NCBI GenBank assembly: GCA_964407825.1
Contig: CAYOXD010000001.1
Span: forward strand, 46,032-110,031
Reading direction: 5' to 3'
Length of the DNA stretch: 64,000 nucleotides
DNA from: an uncultured Desulfobacterales bacterium
GTDB taxonomy: Bacteria > Desulfobacterota > Desulfobacteria > Desulfobacterales > JAFDDL01
In this document: positions 45,496-54,893 of the stretch, one piece after another
Position numbering within the stretch: the first letter of the stretch is position 1
How the letters are laid out: the number at the start of each line of letters is the position of its first letter
The notes under the pieces: generated by a model
The model's database searches: none
What the model was told of the DNA's origin: nothing
The model's input: only the letters and a program-made list of their open reading frames with translations
Position numbers and translations under genes: made by a program

Positions 45496-45867
45496 TTAGG
45501 AAACCCAGGACAGAAAAATGGTGCAAAGCACCAGCAGGATGATGCCATGGAGTCGATAGGTTTGATCCGAGGCCATGGACAGATACCAGTCAGCCACCTT
45601 GTCATAGAGCTGTTTTGGATTAAGAACGATGAAGCCCCCCTTGGCGATGGCAAGGATCCCCAAAAAAATCACGAAGCCCCGATGCTGGGTGTGGGACGAT
45701 GCCATGATCAGAAGGACCCCAACCGCTCCGGCGACAACCGCGAGAAACATCCGCTTGTTTCCGGCCATCACATTGGCCAACACCTTCTTTGCCTCATCTG
45801 TGTAAAGAATAACGCTGGTACCGCTGGCGATGCCGATCAACCCAATTGCATACAGAAACCAATTCAT
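45496..45867 (-). CDS. Hypothetical 4-TM membrane protein
   Basis: 123 aa with four hydrophobic segments. No family recognised. Confidence 0.5.
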   Translation of the reverse strand: MNWFLYAIGLIGIASGTSVILYTDEAKKVLANVMAGNKRMFLAVVAGAVGVLLIMASSHTQHRGFVIFLGILAIAKGGFIVLNPKQLYDKVADWYLSMASDQTYRLHGIILLVLCTIFLSWVS

Positions 45868-46183
45868 GTGCGCGCTCCCTCTCTTCTGGGAACCTGTCTG
45901 GATCCCTCATTCACGATTTCCCCAAACGGGCTTCCCGATCATGTCTCCAATAAGTTGAAAATCCGTTGCTCGGATGCTTGATCCTGTCACCATAGCACAC
46001 CCCTGCCTTATAGCTCAAAGGGAATCTTCGCCTCTCCTGGATGCGCACTCATGCCTTCCTGTAACGGGACATTTATAGTATAGAAGAAGGTGGACCTCCT
46101 GGTGCGGGTGAGCTGCCATAAGCCCAAGAGTATGCTTCTGTATCATTTATCAAATGGAATAAAAATAATTCACAGAGGTTCCA

Positions 46184-47002
46184 GTGATCGAGAAAATCAT
46201 ATCAGGCGGCCAAACGGGTGCGGACCGGGCTGCCCTGGATGCAGCGATCGCCCTGGGAATCACCCACGGTGGCTGGCTGCCGAAGGGCAGAAAAACAGAA
46301 GCCGGTCCTCTGCCCGAAACCTATGCCCTGAAGGAAATGCCCTCAGCCGAATACCGGGAACGCACCCTACAGAACGTGATCGATTCGGACGGCACCCTGA
46401 TCATTTCCAGGGGCGAACTCACCGGCGGTTCCGCCCTTACCCTGAAGGCGGCCCGGGATCTCGGCAGGCCCTGTCTGCATATCGATGTGGCGGTGGATAC
46501 TCCCTTTCTGGCGGTCACCAAGGCCGTTGACTGGATCATTGAACGTAATATCAACGTACTGAATGTTGCAGGACCCCGCGCCAGCAAGGACCCGACCATC
46601 TACTCGGAGGTCAAGAAAATCGTCGAAAGTATTTACTACCTGTGCCTGACCAAGGCCCATATGCCCAACCCCCTATCGCACAAGGCCCCTTCCAACACGG
46701 GGCCACCACCGCCGCGGCCGGACACCGTCGCTGCGGCAGTAGAACTCATCATCTCCGAAATGTCCCTCAGGGACCGCGCTACCGTGGCCAACATGACGGA
46801 ACGGGAGGTGCTCCTGCTGGATATTCCCCTTGGCCGCTACATCGCTAAAAAGCTTGCCACCTGGGCCCTCGCCCGGGATTTTCGGGATGCCTGCTCCCAA
46901 TTGACGGGGAAGGCCTATCGTCGAAACGATGCGCAGAAGGCAGTCCTGCTGGAACTGTGGAGAAAACTCCGGCACACCCACAAGCTGCGGGTGGTCAAAT
47001 AG
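46184..47002 (+). CDS. SLOG-superfamily protein of the putative molybdenum-carrier / YpsA-like type, with an extra C-terminal domain
   Basis: MIEKIISGGQTGADRAALDAAIALGITHGGWLPKGR matches the GGQTGADR signature. GTG start with AGAGG SD. The C-terminal part (about 120 aa) is unassigned. Confidence 0.6.
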   Translation: MIEKIISGGQTGADRAALDAAIALGITHGGWLPKGRKTEAGPLPETYALKEMPSAEYRERTLQNVIDSDGTLIISRGELTGGSALTLKAARDLGRPCLHIDVAVDTPFLAVTKAVDWIIERNINVLNVAGPRASKDPTIYSEVKKIVESIYYLCLTKAHMPNPLSHKAPSNTGPPPPRPDTVAAAVELIISEMSLRDRATVANMTEREVLLLDIPLGRYIAKKLATWALARDFRDACSQLTGKAYRRNDAQKAVLLELWRKLRHTHKLRVVK

Positions 47003-47085
47003 AGCGGCGGGGCGGCGGCCGACATCAAAGCTACCCCCCCCCGGTGGGGGGCATTCCAGGGCAGCTCGGCATCGGCGCCTTTCGC

Positions 47086-47307
47086 CTATTCCACCCGGGA
47101 AGGCCGGCAGAGGTGTTTCTCGTCCATCGCCAGCCGGCCGCATCCGTCGCATACATATTTCATTTTCTCGAGTTTGCTCTTACACATATGGGTGACGTCC
47201 GTGTCGGGAGTACCGCAGAAACTGCAGACCTGCTTGTCATCGCAGGGATTACACAGATGCCCCGGGCTATCCGAGACAGCACCACAGGTTTTACATGTAT
47301 AGGCCAT
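47086..47307 (-). CDS. Small metal-binding protein with three C-x2-C-x8-H-x-C repeats
   Basis: MAYTCKTCGAVSDSPGHLCNPCDDKQVCSFCGTPDTDVTHMCKSKLEKMKYVCDGCGRLAMDEKHLCRPSRVE. GAGGAGG SD 8 nt upstream. Confidence 0.6.
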   Translation of the reverse strand: MAYTCKTCGAVSDSPGHLCNPCDDKQVCSFCGTPDTDVTHMCKSKLEKMKYVCDGCGRLAMDEKHLCRPSRVE

Positions 47308-47568
47308 ATCTTAAACCTCCTCATACCGCTTCGCGGGAAAGGGTGAATTATCTTGGGTTACCCTTGGGACGAACTCATTATAGGCTGTCAACTTATCTTA
47401 AAGATGAATCCGTATCTGGAAAAGTCAAGAAGCACCACCGCCATTTCCAGAACCGGCCCATTCCACCTTTTCCCCTCATAAACCTATTTTCGCCATTGCC
47501 CTCGCCACCATCTTTCTGTATAAAAATCAGATCGCTGCCACTCCGCCAACGAGAAAGGTGTTGATTTA

Positions 47569-48555
47569 ATGAAGATTCAGGGTCAGAAAAGGTGGGCTCT
47601 CCTGTTGGGCCTTGTGGGGGCGATGCTGATCGATGCCCGGTTTATAGCCTATGCCGAACCTGCCCAGCGGATATCCCCGCCCCACATCATTCAGATCTGC
47701 AGCTCTCCCCGGGGGGCTGTCGTGGTGCTGACGGAGGCCAGTGGGGGCCTTTTTTTCTCATCGCATCCGGGGGCAACCTGGCGGCGGGGGGCCAACGTGC
47801 CGGATACCTGCCTTTACTCGACCACAGCCGACGCGGCGGGAGATCTGTTTCTGACCACCGCAGCCGGTGCCTATAAGTCCATCGATAACGGTGCCACCTG
47901 GCAGTATCTGGCCGGATCCCATGTGGCCTTCCTTGTATTCAGCCCCCACCAATCGGTCTTTTTGGCCAAACTCTGGGGAAAAGGGCTTTTTATCGGCGGG
48001 GCACGGCATATCAACCTCCAAGAATCCGCCATGAAGCAGATAACGGCGCTGCCTTCAGCTCCGGTTCAATGTGTGACATTCCGCGTTCCCCAGAGTATTT
48101 TCGCCGGCTTTTTCGGCAGGGGGGTCTACGTATCCGAAACCGGGGGACGATACTGGCAGGAGATTAACACCGGACTTTCCGACAAAAATGTTCTCACCAT
48201 GGGCACCAGTCCGAACGGAATCGTGTTTGCGGGCACCTATGGCAGCGGGTTGAATGTTTGGTCCGGGGAGCGTCAGGCCTGGTCCAATGTGGCCACGGGG
48301 CTCAAGGAGGCGGCCATTCAGTGCATGGCCTTCGGACGAAAGGGGTCGATATTTATCGGATCCATCCATCAGGGGGCTGTGGTATCCCGTGATAGGGGCA
48401 GGACCTGGCAACGGATGACAGGGTTGCCGGCGCACGCGAACGTTCTGGCCTTGGCAGTGGGTATCGATGACACGGTCTATGCTGGAACCGGTCAAGGGCT
48501 GTGGGTATCGAAAAACAATGGACGAACCTGGCAAGAGGAGCCATTGCAACCATAG
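47569..48555 (+). CDS. Secreted BNR/Asp-box repeat beta-propeller protein (Ycf48/sialidase-like fold)
   Basis: Signal peptide MKIQGQKRWALLLGLVGAMLIDA. Repeated S-x-D-x-G-x-T-W boxes (SIDNGATWQ, SRDRGRTWQ, SKNNGRTWQ, SETGGRYWQ). Confidence 0.65.
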   Translation: MKIQGQKRWALLLGLVGAMLIDARFIAYAEPAQRISPPHIIQICSSPRGAVVVLTEASGGLFFSSHPGATWRRGANVPDTCLYSTTADAAGDLFLTTAAGAYKSIDNGATWQYLAGSHVAFLVFSPHQSVFLAKLWGKGLFIGGARHINLQESAMKQITALPSAPVQCVTFRVPQSIFAGFFGRGVYVSETGGRYWQEINTGLSDKNVLTMGTSPNGIVFAGTYGSGLNVWSGERQAWSNVATGLKEAAIQCMAFGRKGSIFIGSIHQGAVVSRDRGRTWQRMTGLPAHANVLALAVGIDDTVYAGTGQGLWVSKNNGRTWQEEPLQP

Positions 48556-48618
48556 AGGGCCGGCCGCTGGAAATTAAACCTGGCCGCCGGGAAGTATTAC
48601 GGGAAGGAAATCGGATAC

Positions 48619-49932
48619 ATGCGGTTCTTGATGGGCACATTTGGGCTGAGCGTAGGCGTGTTAGCGGCCCTGTTGTACTGGTGGCGGCCGGCACCGGCTC
48701 TGATTTCGGTCGAAGCCATGGACTGGGCCCTTGCCTATGAAGCGGCCCATACGCCCGGCAAGCATCTGTCGGATACCCTTCCAACGACAGGGGACATAAC
48801 CCAATCCTCGCCAACGCACCTGACGCTGACCGAATTTATCCAGCAGCAAACCAAGGGCCGGCTCAGCCGCGTCGGCACCAACACCTGGGGCCCGTGGCTG
48901 ACCCGCCATGGTTTCGAAAGGGCTCGTGGTGAAACGCCAATTGGATTTCTCCTCCCCAGTGCCCCCCTGGCTGCCCCCCTATCGGCACCTTGGGGATATA
49001 TCGAGGTCCGCGGCCGGGACCGGATCGATTTCTTGAGCTATCGGTGGTTGGGCACGGCCGAGTTGACAGGAAAAGGAATTCCTTCCAGGCTACACTATCC
49101 CTATCGCGGCGCCGCAGGCCTGATCCTTGCGTTCACCTTGATGCTGACAGTGATCATCGGGCTGCCGTCTGGAACGGATCGCCGTCTATCGAATTGCACC
49201 GCCGGAAGGGGCTGCAAGGTATTCACGGTCATCTTGAGCAGCGGTGCGACGCTCATCATCCTTCCCTTTCTGTATCGATGCAAGGGGGATGCGCTGCTGT
49301 GGGTGTACCTCGGAAGCTTCATCATGGCCGGTGGGCTCTTTGGATTCGCCCTGTACGGCAGGCAGGCCGTTATGGTGTGCAACATGCTTCGGGGAAAAAA
49401 CCTCCTGGCACACTGGAACTATTCACCGGGGGAGTGGCACCGGTTTGCGGTGTGGGCGCATGCACTGGAAAAGATTCACAAGCGGGTGCTGCTGCGGATC
49501 CTGTCCACCGTGATTCTGTGCCTGGGCGGCGGATTCTGGCTGTTGATGCAGGATGAAACCGCCGGCGGCGTGTTCCTGGCGCTATCCAGCATTGTCACCC
49601 TTTCATGGCTCTTCGTCTTTATTCACCGCTGGCTTGCCTATCGACGGGACAGCCGGGGTCCGGGAGAGGTCTTCATCGGCCCTTCATGTGTCTACCTCAA
49701 CGGGTCCGTCTTTTCCTGGGCGACCCCCGGTTCCCGGGTGGAATCTGCGGAATATGTGGTTTCGCCCTTTCCCCTGCTCTCCATCACATACTCCTTTATC
49801 GTGACGGCAGGACGCTCGCTGCACTTTGGCAGGCAACGCGCGGCGGTTCATGTTCCGGTTCCCAATGGAAAGCAGGAGGCGGCAGCGGCCATCGCCAAAA
49901 CACTCCTGCTGAAAAAAGGCAAAAAGTCCTGA
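48619..49932 (+). CDS. Hypothetical polytopic membrane protein
   Basis: 437 aa with several TM helices in the central part. No family recognised. Confidence 0.5.
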   Translation: MRFLMGTFGLSVGVLAALLYWWRPAPALISVEAMDWALAYEAAHTPGKHLSDTLPTTGDITQSSPTHLTLTEFIQQQTKGRLSRVGTNTWGPWLTRHGFERARGETPIGFLLPSAPLAAPLSAPWGYIEVRGRDRIDFLSYRWLGTAELTGKGIPSRLHYPYRGAAGLILAFTLMLTVIIGLPSGTDRRLSNCTAGRGCKVFTVILSSGATLIILPFLYRCKGDALLWVYLGSFIMAGGLFGFALYGRQAVMVCNMLRGKNLLAHWNYSPGEWHRFAVWAHALEKIHKRVLLRILSTVILCLGGGFWLLMQDETAGGVFLALSSIVTLSWLFVFIHRWLAYRRDSRGPGEVFIGPSCVYLNGSVFSWATPGSRVESAEYVVSPFPLLSITYSFIVTAGRSLHFGRQRAAVHVPVPNGKQEAAAAIAKTLLLKKGKKS

Positions 49933-49968
49933 CCCCCGTTTCGGGCAATGGGACAGCCCGCCTTCGGC

Positions 49969-50844
49969 TCACCTGAGGATCAGCACCGTGGCCTGGCTCT
50001 CCGTGACGAGCCTGTTCACCTTCCTTTTGGGCAACCATTTTCCCAACAAGGTCTGCGGCCCCATCCAAAGGGCCAGCATCTCCCCTGGGCGGTCCTGGGA
50101 GGTGAACGAATCCAGGGAGGCGATATCCACACTTTCCACCAGTGGTTCAATGCCCAACGCACGGTAGTAGTTAAGGATATTGACCAGCCGGTTTTCCACA
50201 TCGGCCTTTAACGCACCGCTGCTGCCGGTGAAGCCCACCAGGGTCAGGCCGGCGCCGTGAATGGTCAATAATTGATTGATCAGTTCCAGGGAGGCCTGGG
50301 TCACCGCGTCCCCATCCAGACAGCAAACAATCCGGTCAATTCTCGCTGCCCGTTTGACCACCATGACGGAACAGGGGGCCTCGTTGACGATCCGCTGGGG
50401 TGCCGTGGGATGCCCCGGCCACCCCTGCCCCTGGGACGGCGGATCACATCCGATTACGATAAGATCGCTCGGATCCTCCAGGACCTCCGTCAAAACGGCC
50501 TTGGCAGGGTCACCGGAGCGAAGATGTTTGATGAGCTGCTTTCTGCCATCTTCCGCGCCCCGGCAAGAACACCGGCCATTGTCTGAACCCGTGCCGTCCT
50601 GAAATTCCCCGGTATCCCCATAGGGGCTGTCACCGGTCGGAAAGGCGCTCATAAATTGCTCCACGTAACCGTTCAAAGCGGTCCGAAGCGAAGGACCACC
50701 AGCTGGTCCGGAGGCTGAATCGCCAGGCTTCGCCTCCAGTCCCAAGAAGGTGACATTGGCCCACGTATTGACCGCCAGGGCGCGAACCTCGTTCACAGCG
50801 GTGGCGCTGTATGGATTGTCATCCAGGGCAAGCAATATTTTCAT
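49969..50844 (-). CDS. Tandem universal stress protein (UspA family)
   Basis: MKILLALDDNPYS... and a second Usp-like half (VMVVKR, RIVCCLDGD). 291 aa. Confidence 0.75.
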   Translation of the reverse strand: MKILLALDDNPYSATAVNEVRALAVNTWANVTFLGLEAKPGDSASGPAGGPSLRTALNGYVEQFMSAFPTGDSPYGDTGEFQDGTGSDNGRCSCRGAEDGRKQLIKHLRSGDPAKAVLTEVLEDPSDLIVIGCDPPSQGQGWPGHPTAPQRIVNEAPCSVMVVKRAARIDRIVCCLDGDAVTQASLELINQLLTIHGAGLTLVGFTGSSGALKADVENRLVNILNYYRALGIEPLVESVDIASLDSFTSQDRPGEMLALWMGPQTLLGKWLPKRKVNRLVTESQATVLILR

Positions 50845-50905
50845 GGAACCCTCCTCCTTCCCGGTTCTCGGGATGGGTAACCGACGACGACACTGCGGGA
50901 GTTTA

Positions 50906-51745
50906 TCATGACCGCCTGCAAAAGAGCAGTGCCGAGGGGACGCGGCTGAGGCAGTCCAGCAGCGGGGAACTCTGGCCGATGTGATGGGGCAGGGACACCA
51001 GTACCAGCTGATACCCCGCCAGCCGGTCGCCGACGACCTTGGGCAGCCCCGCCAGATGCATGACGGTCTCGGGCAGGCATCCGCCCTCCTTCAGGATGGC
51101 ATGGGTTTGGGCCACCGGCTCTTCCGGCGCCATCGCCCCAACGGAAAGGGCCGTTTCATCCACGTGTTCCGGACCGGCCTTCCCCGCCCTGCCAAACTCG
51201 CAGGTTATCAGATCCACCGCCACGCCGGTAGCTTTGAAGAGCCGGGTGAAGGTACGCGCCTGGGCCGTGCCGGTCTCGTCCGGATCCATCAGGATCACTG
51301 CCCGCTTGAGTTCCACCGGATTTTTCACCATGAGGATGGGGCATGGAATCTGCTGATAGAATTTGGAATGCAGTTCCTTGTAAAAATGCTGGGAAGAGAA
51401 CGAGTGCAGCAGGCCTGTGATGAAAAGATCATAATCGGACTCCCTCAACTCGCGAAGGATCCCGGTTTGTGGCTGTCCCAGCAGGATCTTCGGCGGCGCC
51501 AGCGTAGGGCATCGATCCTTCTCCATGGCGATAACCTGGCCGATTTGCTCCGTAGCCTGGCTGATCAGCCCCTTCTCCCATGTTCGGCGAACCCAGCCGC
51601 TCCCCGGCGGATGGTCCTCGGTGTCGGGCGGCTCCACGTGTAAGATGTTGATTTCCATGCCGGTGAGCGTTGCCAGTTGACAGGCATACCGCAGCGCGAT
51701 GGTAGCCGCCAGGTCCGCGTTCAAGTACACGATGGATTTTAACAT
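50906..51745 (-). CDS. Tandem universal stress protein-like
   Basis: 279 aa with two Usp-like halves (INILHVEPP..., PILMVKNP..., VILMDPDETG). Confidence 0.65.
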   Translation of the reverse strand: MLKSIVYLNADLAATIALRYACQLATLTGMEINILHVEPPDTEDHPPGSGWVRRTWEKGLISQATEQIGQVIAMEKDRCPTLAPPKILLGQPQTGILRELRESDYDLFITGLLHSFSSQHFYKELHSKFYQQIPCPILMVKNPVELKRAVILMDPDETGTAQARTFTRLFKATGVAVDLITCEFGRAGKAGPEHVDETALSVGAMAPEEPVAQTHAILKEGGCLPETVMHLAGLPKVVGDRLAGYQLVLVSLPHHIGQSSPLLDCLSRVPSALLFCRRS

Positions 51746-51801
51746 AGACTCCTCCCAATTCGGTTGTATCTTCTATCCTTGAGCAACCCGAAGCGTACGC
51801 C

Positions 51802-52197
51802 TCAGGTATTTTGCGGTTTCATTAGCTCTTCTTCAGCGCGCTTGACTGCTTCCAGGATCTCTCCCATCTTGAACGGCTTGGCCAGAAAATCGAAGACTCC
51901 CTTCTGGTAGGAGGTCTTTGCCGTTTCCATGGTGGCGAACCCGGTGATCACGATCACCACCGTGCGGGGGGAACGTTCCTTGACGACACCCAGAAATGCC
52001 ATGCCGTCCATGCCCTCCATCTTCAGGTCAGTGATGACGATATCAAATTCCTTCTTGAGGACCCGGGCGAAGGCGTCCTGGCTGCGCAAATAGGTTTCGA
52101 CTTCGTAACCGCACTTTTCCAGCACGGGACGCAACCGGTTTAAAACGATCTGTTCGTCGTCCAGAATGAGTATGGATGTTTTGCCATGGTTTGCCAT
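51802..52197 (-). CDS. Stand-alone response-regulator receiver (CheY-like)
   Basis: ILILDDEQ, DIVITDLKMEGMDG, LAKPF. Start at MANHGKTS (GGGGGGAAAG SD), not the track start at 52284. Confidence 0.85.
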   Translation of the reverse strand: MANHGKTSILILDDEQIVLNRLRPVLEKCGYEVETYLRSQDAFARVLKKEFDIVITDLKMEGMDGMAFLGVVKERSPRTVVIVITGFATMETAKTSYQKGVFDFLAKPFKMGEILEAVKRAEEELMKPQNT

Positions 52198-52280
52198 TTT
52201 CTTTCCCCCCAGTCTATTGGGTTGTGCGAAAGCGTTGGATCCCCGGAACGCCGTATGGAAGAGCCCCATTGCCCGGCCCC

Positions 52281-54854
52281 TCACGGGGACGGGGCGGCCT
52301 CCCTGGCGGTCATTTCTTGAAACAGGGTCAGATAACGCTCGATTTGACCGTCGCTGTTCATCTTGACATCGAGCTGGCGGGTAAAGGCGACCAGCCGGCC
52401 CAGAAGAGACATTTGGGACACCATGACGCCGGGTGCCCGTTTCTTGACTCTCGCCACGACCAGATCCTGCCGGAGTTGCACCACAAAATCGTTTTGCTCG
52501 AGGATCATGGCGATCAGTTTGGCGCGCCGGTTTCGCCGGGTCTGATCCGTCACCCCCCCGAGGAAGCGAAAATAGGCGTAATTGTCGTTCACGTTCTCGC
52601 TGATATAGGCGTCAATGATATTGAAGTGATACCCCACCCGCAGGTGAATGTTGGTGTACTGCCTGGACACCACCGCCAGGTTCCGTCCGATCTCCTTCGG
52701 GCTGGCCTGGTGTGTGGAAAAGGTACGCGTTATGCTGGACATGAGGCTCTTGAAATCCACGACCACCGGATCGGTGCTCCACAGGTCCGCGGCCTGAAGT
52801 CCCGCTAAAAAGGCCCGCATGGGCCGGGATCGCACCTGGGAGGGCTCGACGAGGGACGCGTCTTCCCCGTCCGAGACGCCCCCACCGATATCGATGAGGG
52901 TCAGGTGCAGTGGGATGTCCAGCTTGAGACGCATCTCCTGCCCCTTGGACCAGCCCAAAACACGACTCGCGTTCAGATGCGACAATTCGGCAACCGCCTT
53001 TTCATGGATGAACCGCGTGATATCATGATAGGTCTGGCAATTTCGAGGTGTAAAATTCTTGTCCTTTGGATCCACCAGATTCAGCGGGGCGATCCTTTTC
53101 AGTATCCGCCGCAGCAGGCGGTATTCGTACGTCTCCTCAAAGGGATGGGCCACGAATTCATAGAGACAGAGCTTATCGACGATCCCATCGTAGATGATAT
53201 TCTGCTCCGCGTCCATGGTAATTTCCCGTCCGGAATCCAGTAGCTTGGTGGCCACATCCGTATTGACAATGGCGGGGATGCGAAATTCCCGGACGATGGT
53301 GGCCATATGTCCCGTGGCCGATCCGATGTCCGTGATCATGCCCCGCGCCCTGCCCGCCACAGCGGCAAACTTTGGCGAGGACTGCTTGGCCACCAGGATG
53401 GCGCCGCTCGGGAACCGCTCGAGATCCTCATCCGTGCGGACCACCCAGACCGGACCGCTGGCAACGCCGTTCTGGGCCACAACGCCCTTTCCGGAAAAGA
53501 TGATCGGGTGATCGCTGATAACTTCCGAAATATCGCAGACCACTTGGCTGATCCGGGCCCGGATGTTCAGGGGGCGGGACTGGAGGATGTGGAGGTCGCC
53601 CTGGGCGTCGAAGGTCCATTCCACCTCCTGGGGTTTGCGAAAGTATTGTTCGATGCCGAGCCCCAGTGAAGCAATGCGCAGGATCTCCGCCTCCGTCAGG
53701 CAGGGCCGGTCCTGCTCCTCTAGGGGAACCGGTTCGAAAGCACATCCACCCCCGGCCTGCAGGCTCCAGCGCAGGGGCTTGGGGACCACCTCCATTCGCA
53801 TGATCCGCTGCGGGCTGCTTCGGGTGATCTGGTACTGGTCAGCCACCACCTTTCCGGCCACGACGGGCGCTCCCAATCCCCAGGCAGCCGAAAGCGTCAT
53901 CCTTTCAGAATCGGGCGCCACGGGATCGAGGGTCAGGAGCACCCCGCTCTTGGCCCCTTCGATGGTCCGCTGGCAGGCCACGGCCATGGCCACCTCATTG
54001 TCGTAAATACCCTTTTCCAGCCGGTAATTCATGGCGGATGCCGCATAGGTCGATGCCAGAACCTGCCGGTACGCCTCCATGAGATGGTCCGGTGAAATGT
54101 TGAGCAGGGTTGCGAACTGGCCAGCAAAGCTATGCTCGCTGTCCTCACCCAGGGCGCTGCTTCGGATGGACCAACTGGGCCGGAGGGCCTCAGGCCCCTT
54201 TTGGGCTTCCGACAGGGCGCTTCGAACCGCCTGGCGGATATCGGATGGTACCTCGCCGGCCAGAATCATGGATTTAATCTGCCGTGAGGCTTCCGCAGTG
54301 GGAATCCCACCCGATGTCCACTGCGCCAGAATGGCGGGGATCTTCTGGGTCAGGCCGTTGGCATCCAGGAACCGCTGGAAAGCCGCCACGGTGATGGCAA
54401 ACCCATCTGGAATGGGCATGGCCAATCTGTTTTTCAATTCGGCGAGGTTGGCATTTTTCCCCCCCACCACCTCGGCCGAGGCGACGGTGATGTCCCGGTA
54501 GGGAATGGTCAGGGGCATGTGAGATACATTGACCCGTCCTTCGAGCTCCATTTGGATGTCGCGGGATATCCGTTCAAAGGGTTCCGCGATCTCCCGGTAG
54601 GATTCCTGAACAAGAATGTTAAAATTATCAATGAGGGTATGAACCAAATCCGTCATGCGCTCACAGGTGCTTAGGATGTACTGACGGTCGAACACGTAGG
54701 CGCCACCGGACTTATCGTTTATGTCCGCCATGAGTTCCAGGATCTGGTTGTTGAGTTTCAAGATGTCCTGAAACCGGGCGAAAAGAACGGTCAGGGGTGC
54801 CGGCGTCCGCCTGCGGCGCCATCCCGCCAGGAGTTGCCTGACCAGTTTGATCAT
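52281..54854 (-). CDS. PpsA-like PEP-utilising enzyme with a non-canonical C-terminal region
   Basis: PPDK_N ATP-grasp region (VVGGKNANLAELKN) and phosphohistidine swivel domain (GSATGHMATIVREFRIPAIVN). The last 300 aa or so lack motifs I associate with the PEP/pyruvate TIM barrel. The N-terminal part (about 130 aa) is unassigned. Confidence 0.7.
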   Translation of the reverse strand: MIKLVRQLLAGWRRRRTPAPLTVLFARFQDILKLNNQILELMADINDKSGGAYVFDRQYILSTCERMTDLVHTLIDNFNILVQESYREIAEPFERISRDIQMELEGRVNVSHMPLTIPYRDITVASAEVVGGKNANLAELKNRLAMPIPDGFAITVAAFQRFLDANGLTQKIPAILAQWTSGGIPTAEASRQIKSMILAGEVPSDIRQAVRSALSEAQKGPEALRPSWSIRSSALGEDSEHSFAGQFATLLNISPDHLMEAYRQVLASTYAASAMNYRLEKGIYDNEVAMAVACQRTIEGAKSGVLLTLDPVAPDSERMTLSAAWGLGAPVVAGKVVADQYQITRSSPQRIMRMEVVPKPLRWSLQAGGGCAFEPVPLEEQDRPCLTEAEILRIASLGLGIEQYFRKPQEVEWTFDAQGDLHILQSRPLNIRARISQVVCDISEVISDHPIIFSGKGVVAQNGVASGPVWVVRTDEDLERFPSGAILVAKQSSPKFAAVAGRARGMITDIGSATGHMATIVREFRIPAIVNTDVATKLLDSGREITMDAEQNIIYDGIVDKLCLYEFVAHPFEETYEYRLLRRILKRIAPLNLVDPKDKNFTPRNCQTYHDITRFIHEKAVAELSHLNASRVLGWSKGQEMRLKLDIPLHLTLIDIGGGVSDGEDASLVEPSQVRSRPMRAFLAGLQAADLWSTDPVVVDFKSLMSSITRTFSTHQASPKEIGRNLAVVSRQYTNIHLRVGYHFNIIDAYISENVNDNYAYFRFLGGVTDQTRRNRRAKLIAMILEQNDFVVQLRQDLVVARVKKRAPGVMVSQMSLLGRLVAFTRQLDVKMNSDGQIERYLTLFQEMTAREAAPSP

Positions 54855-54893
54855 ACCCTCATTCCCCCGTTGGTTCCCAGAAGCCGCAGCGTA

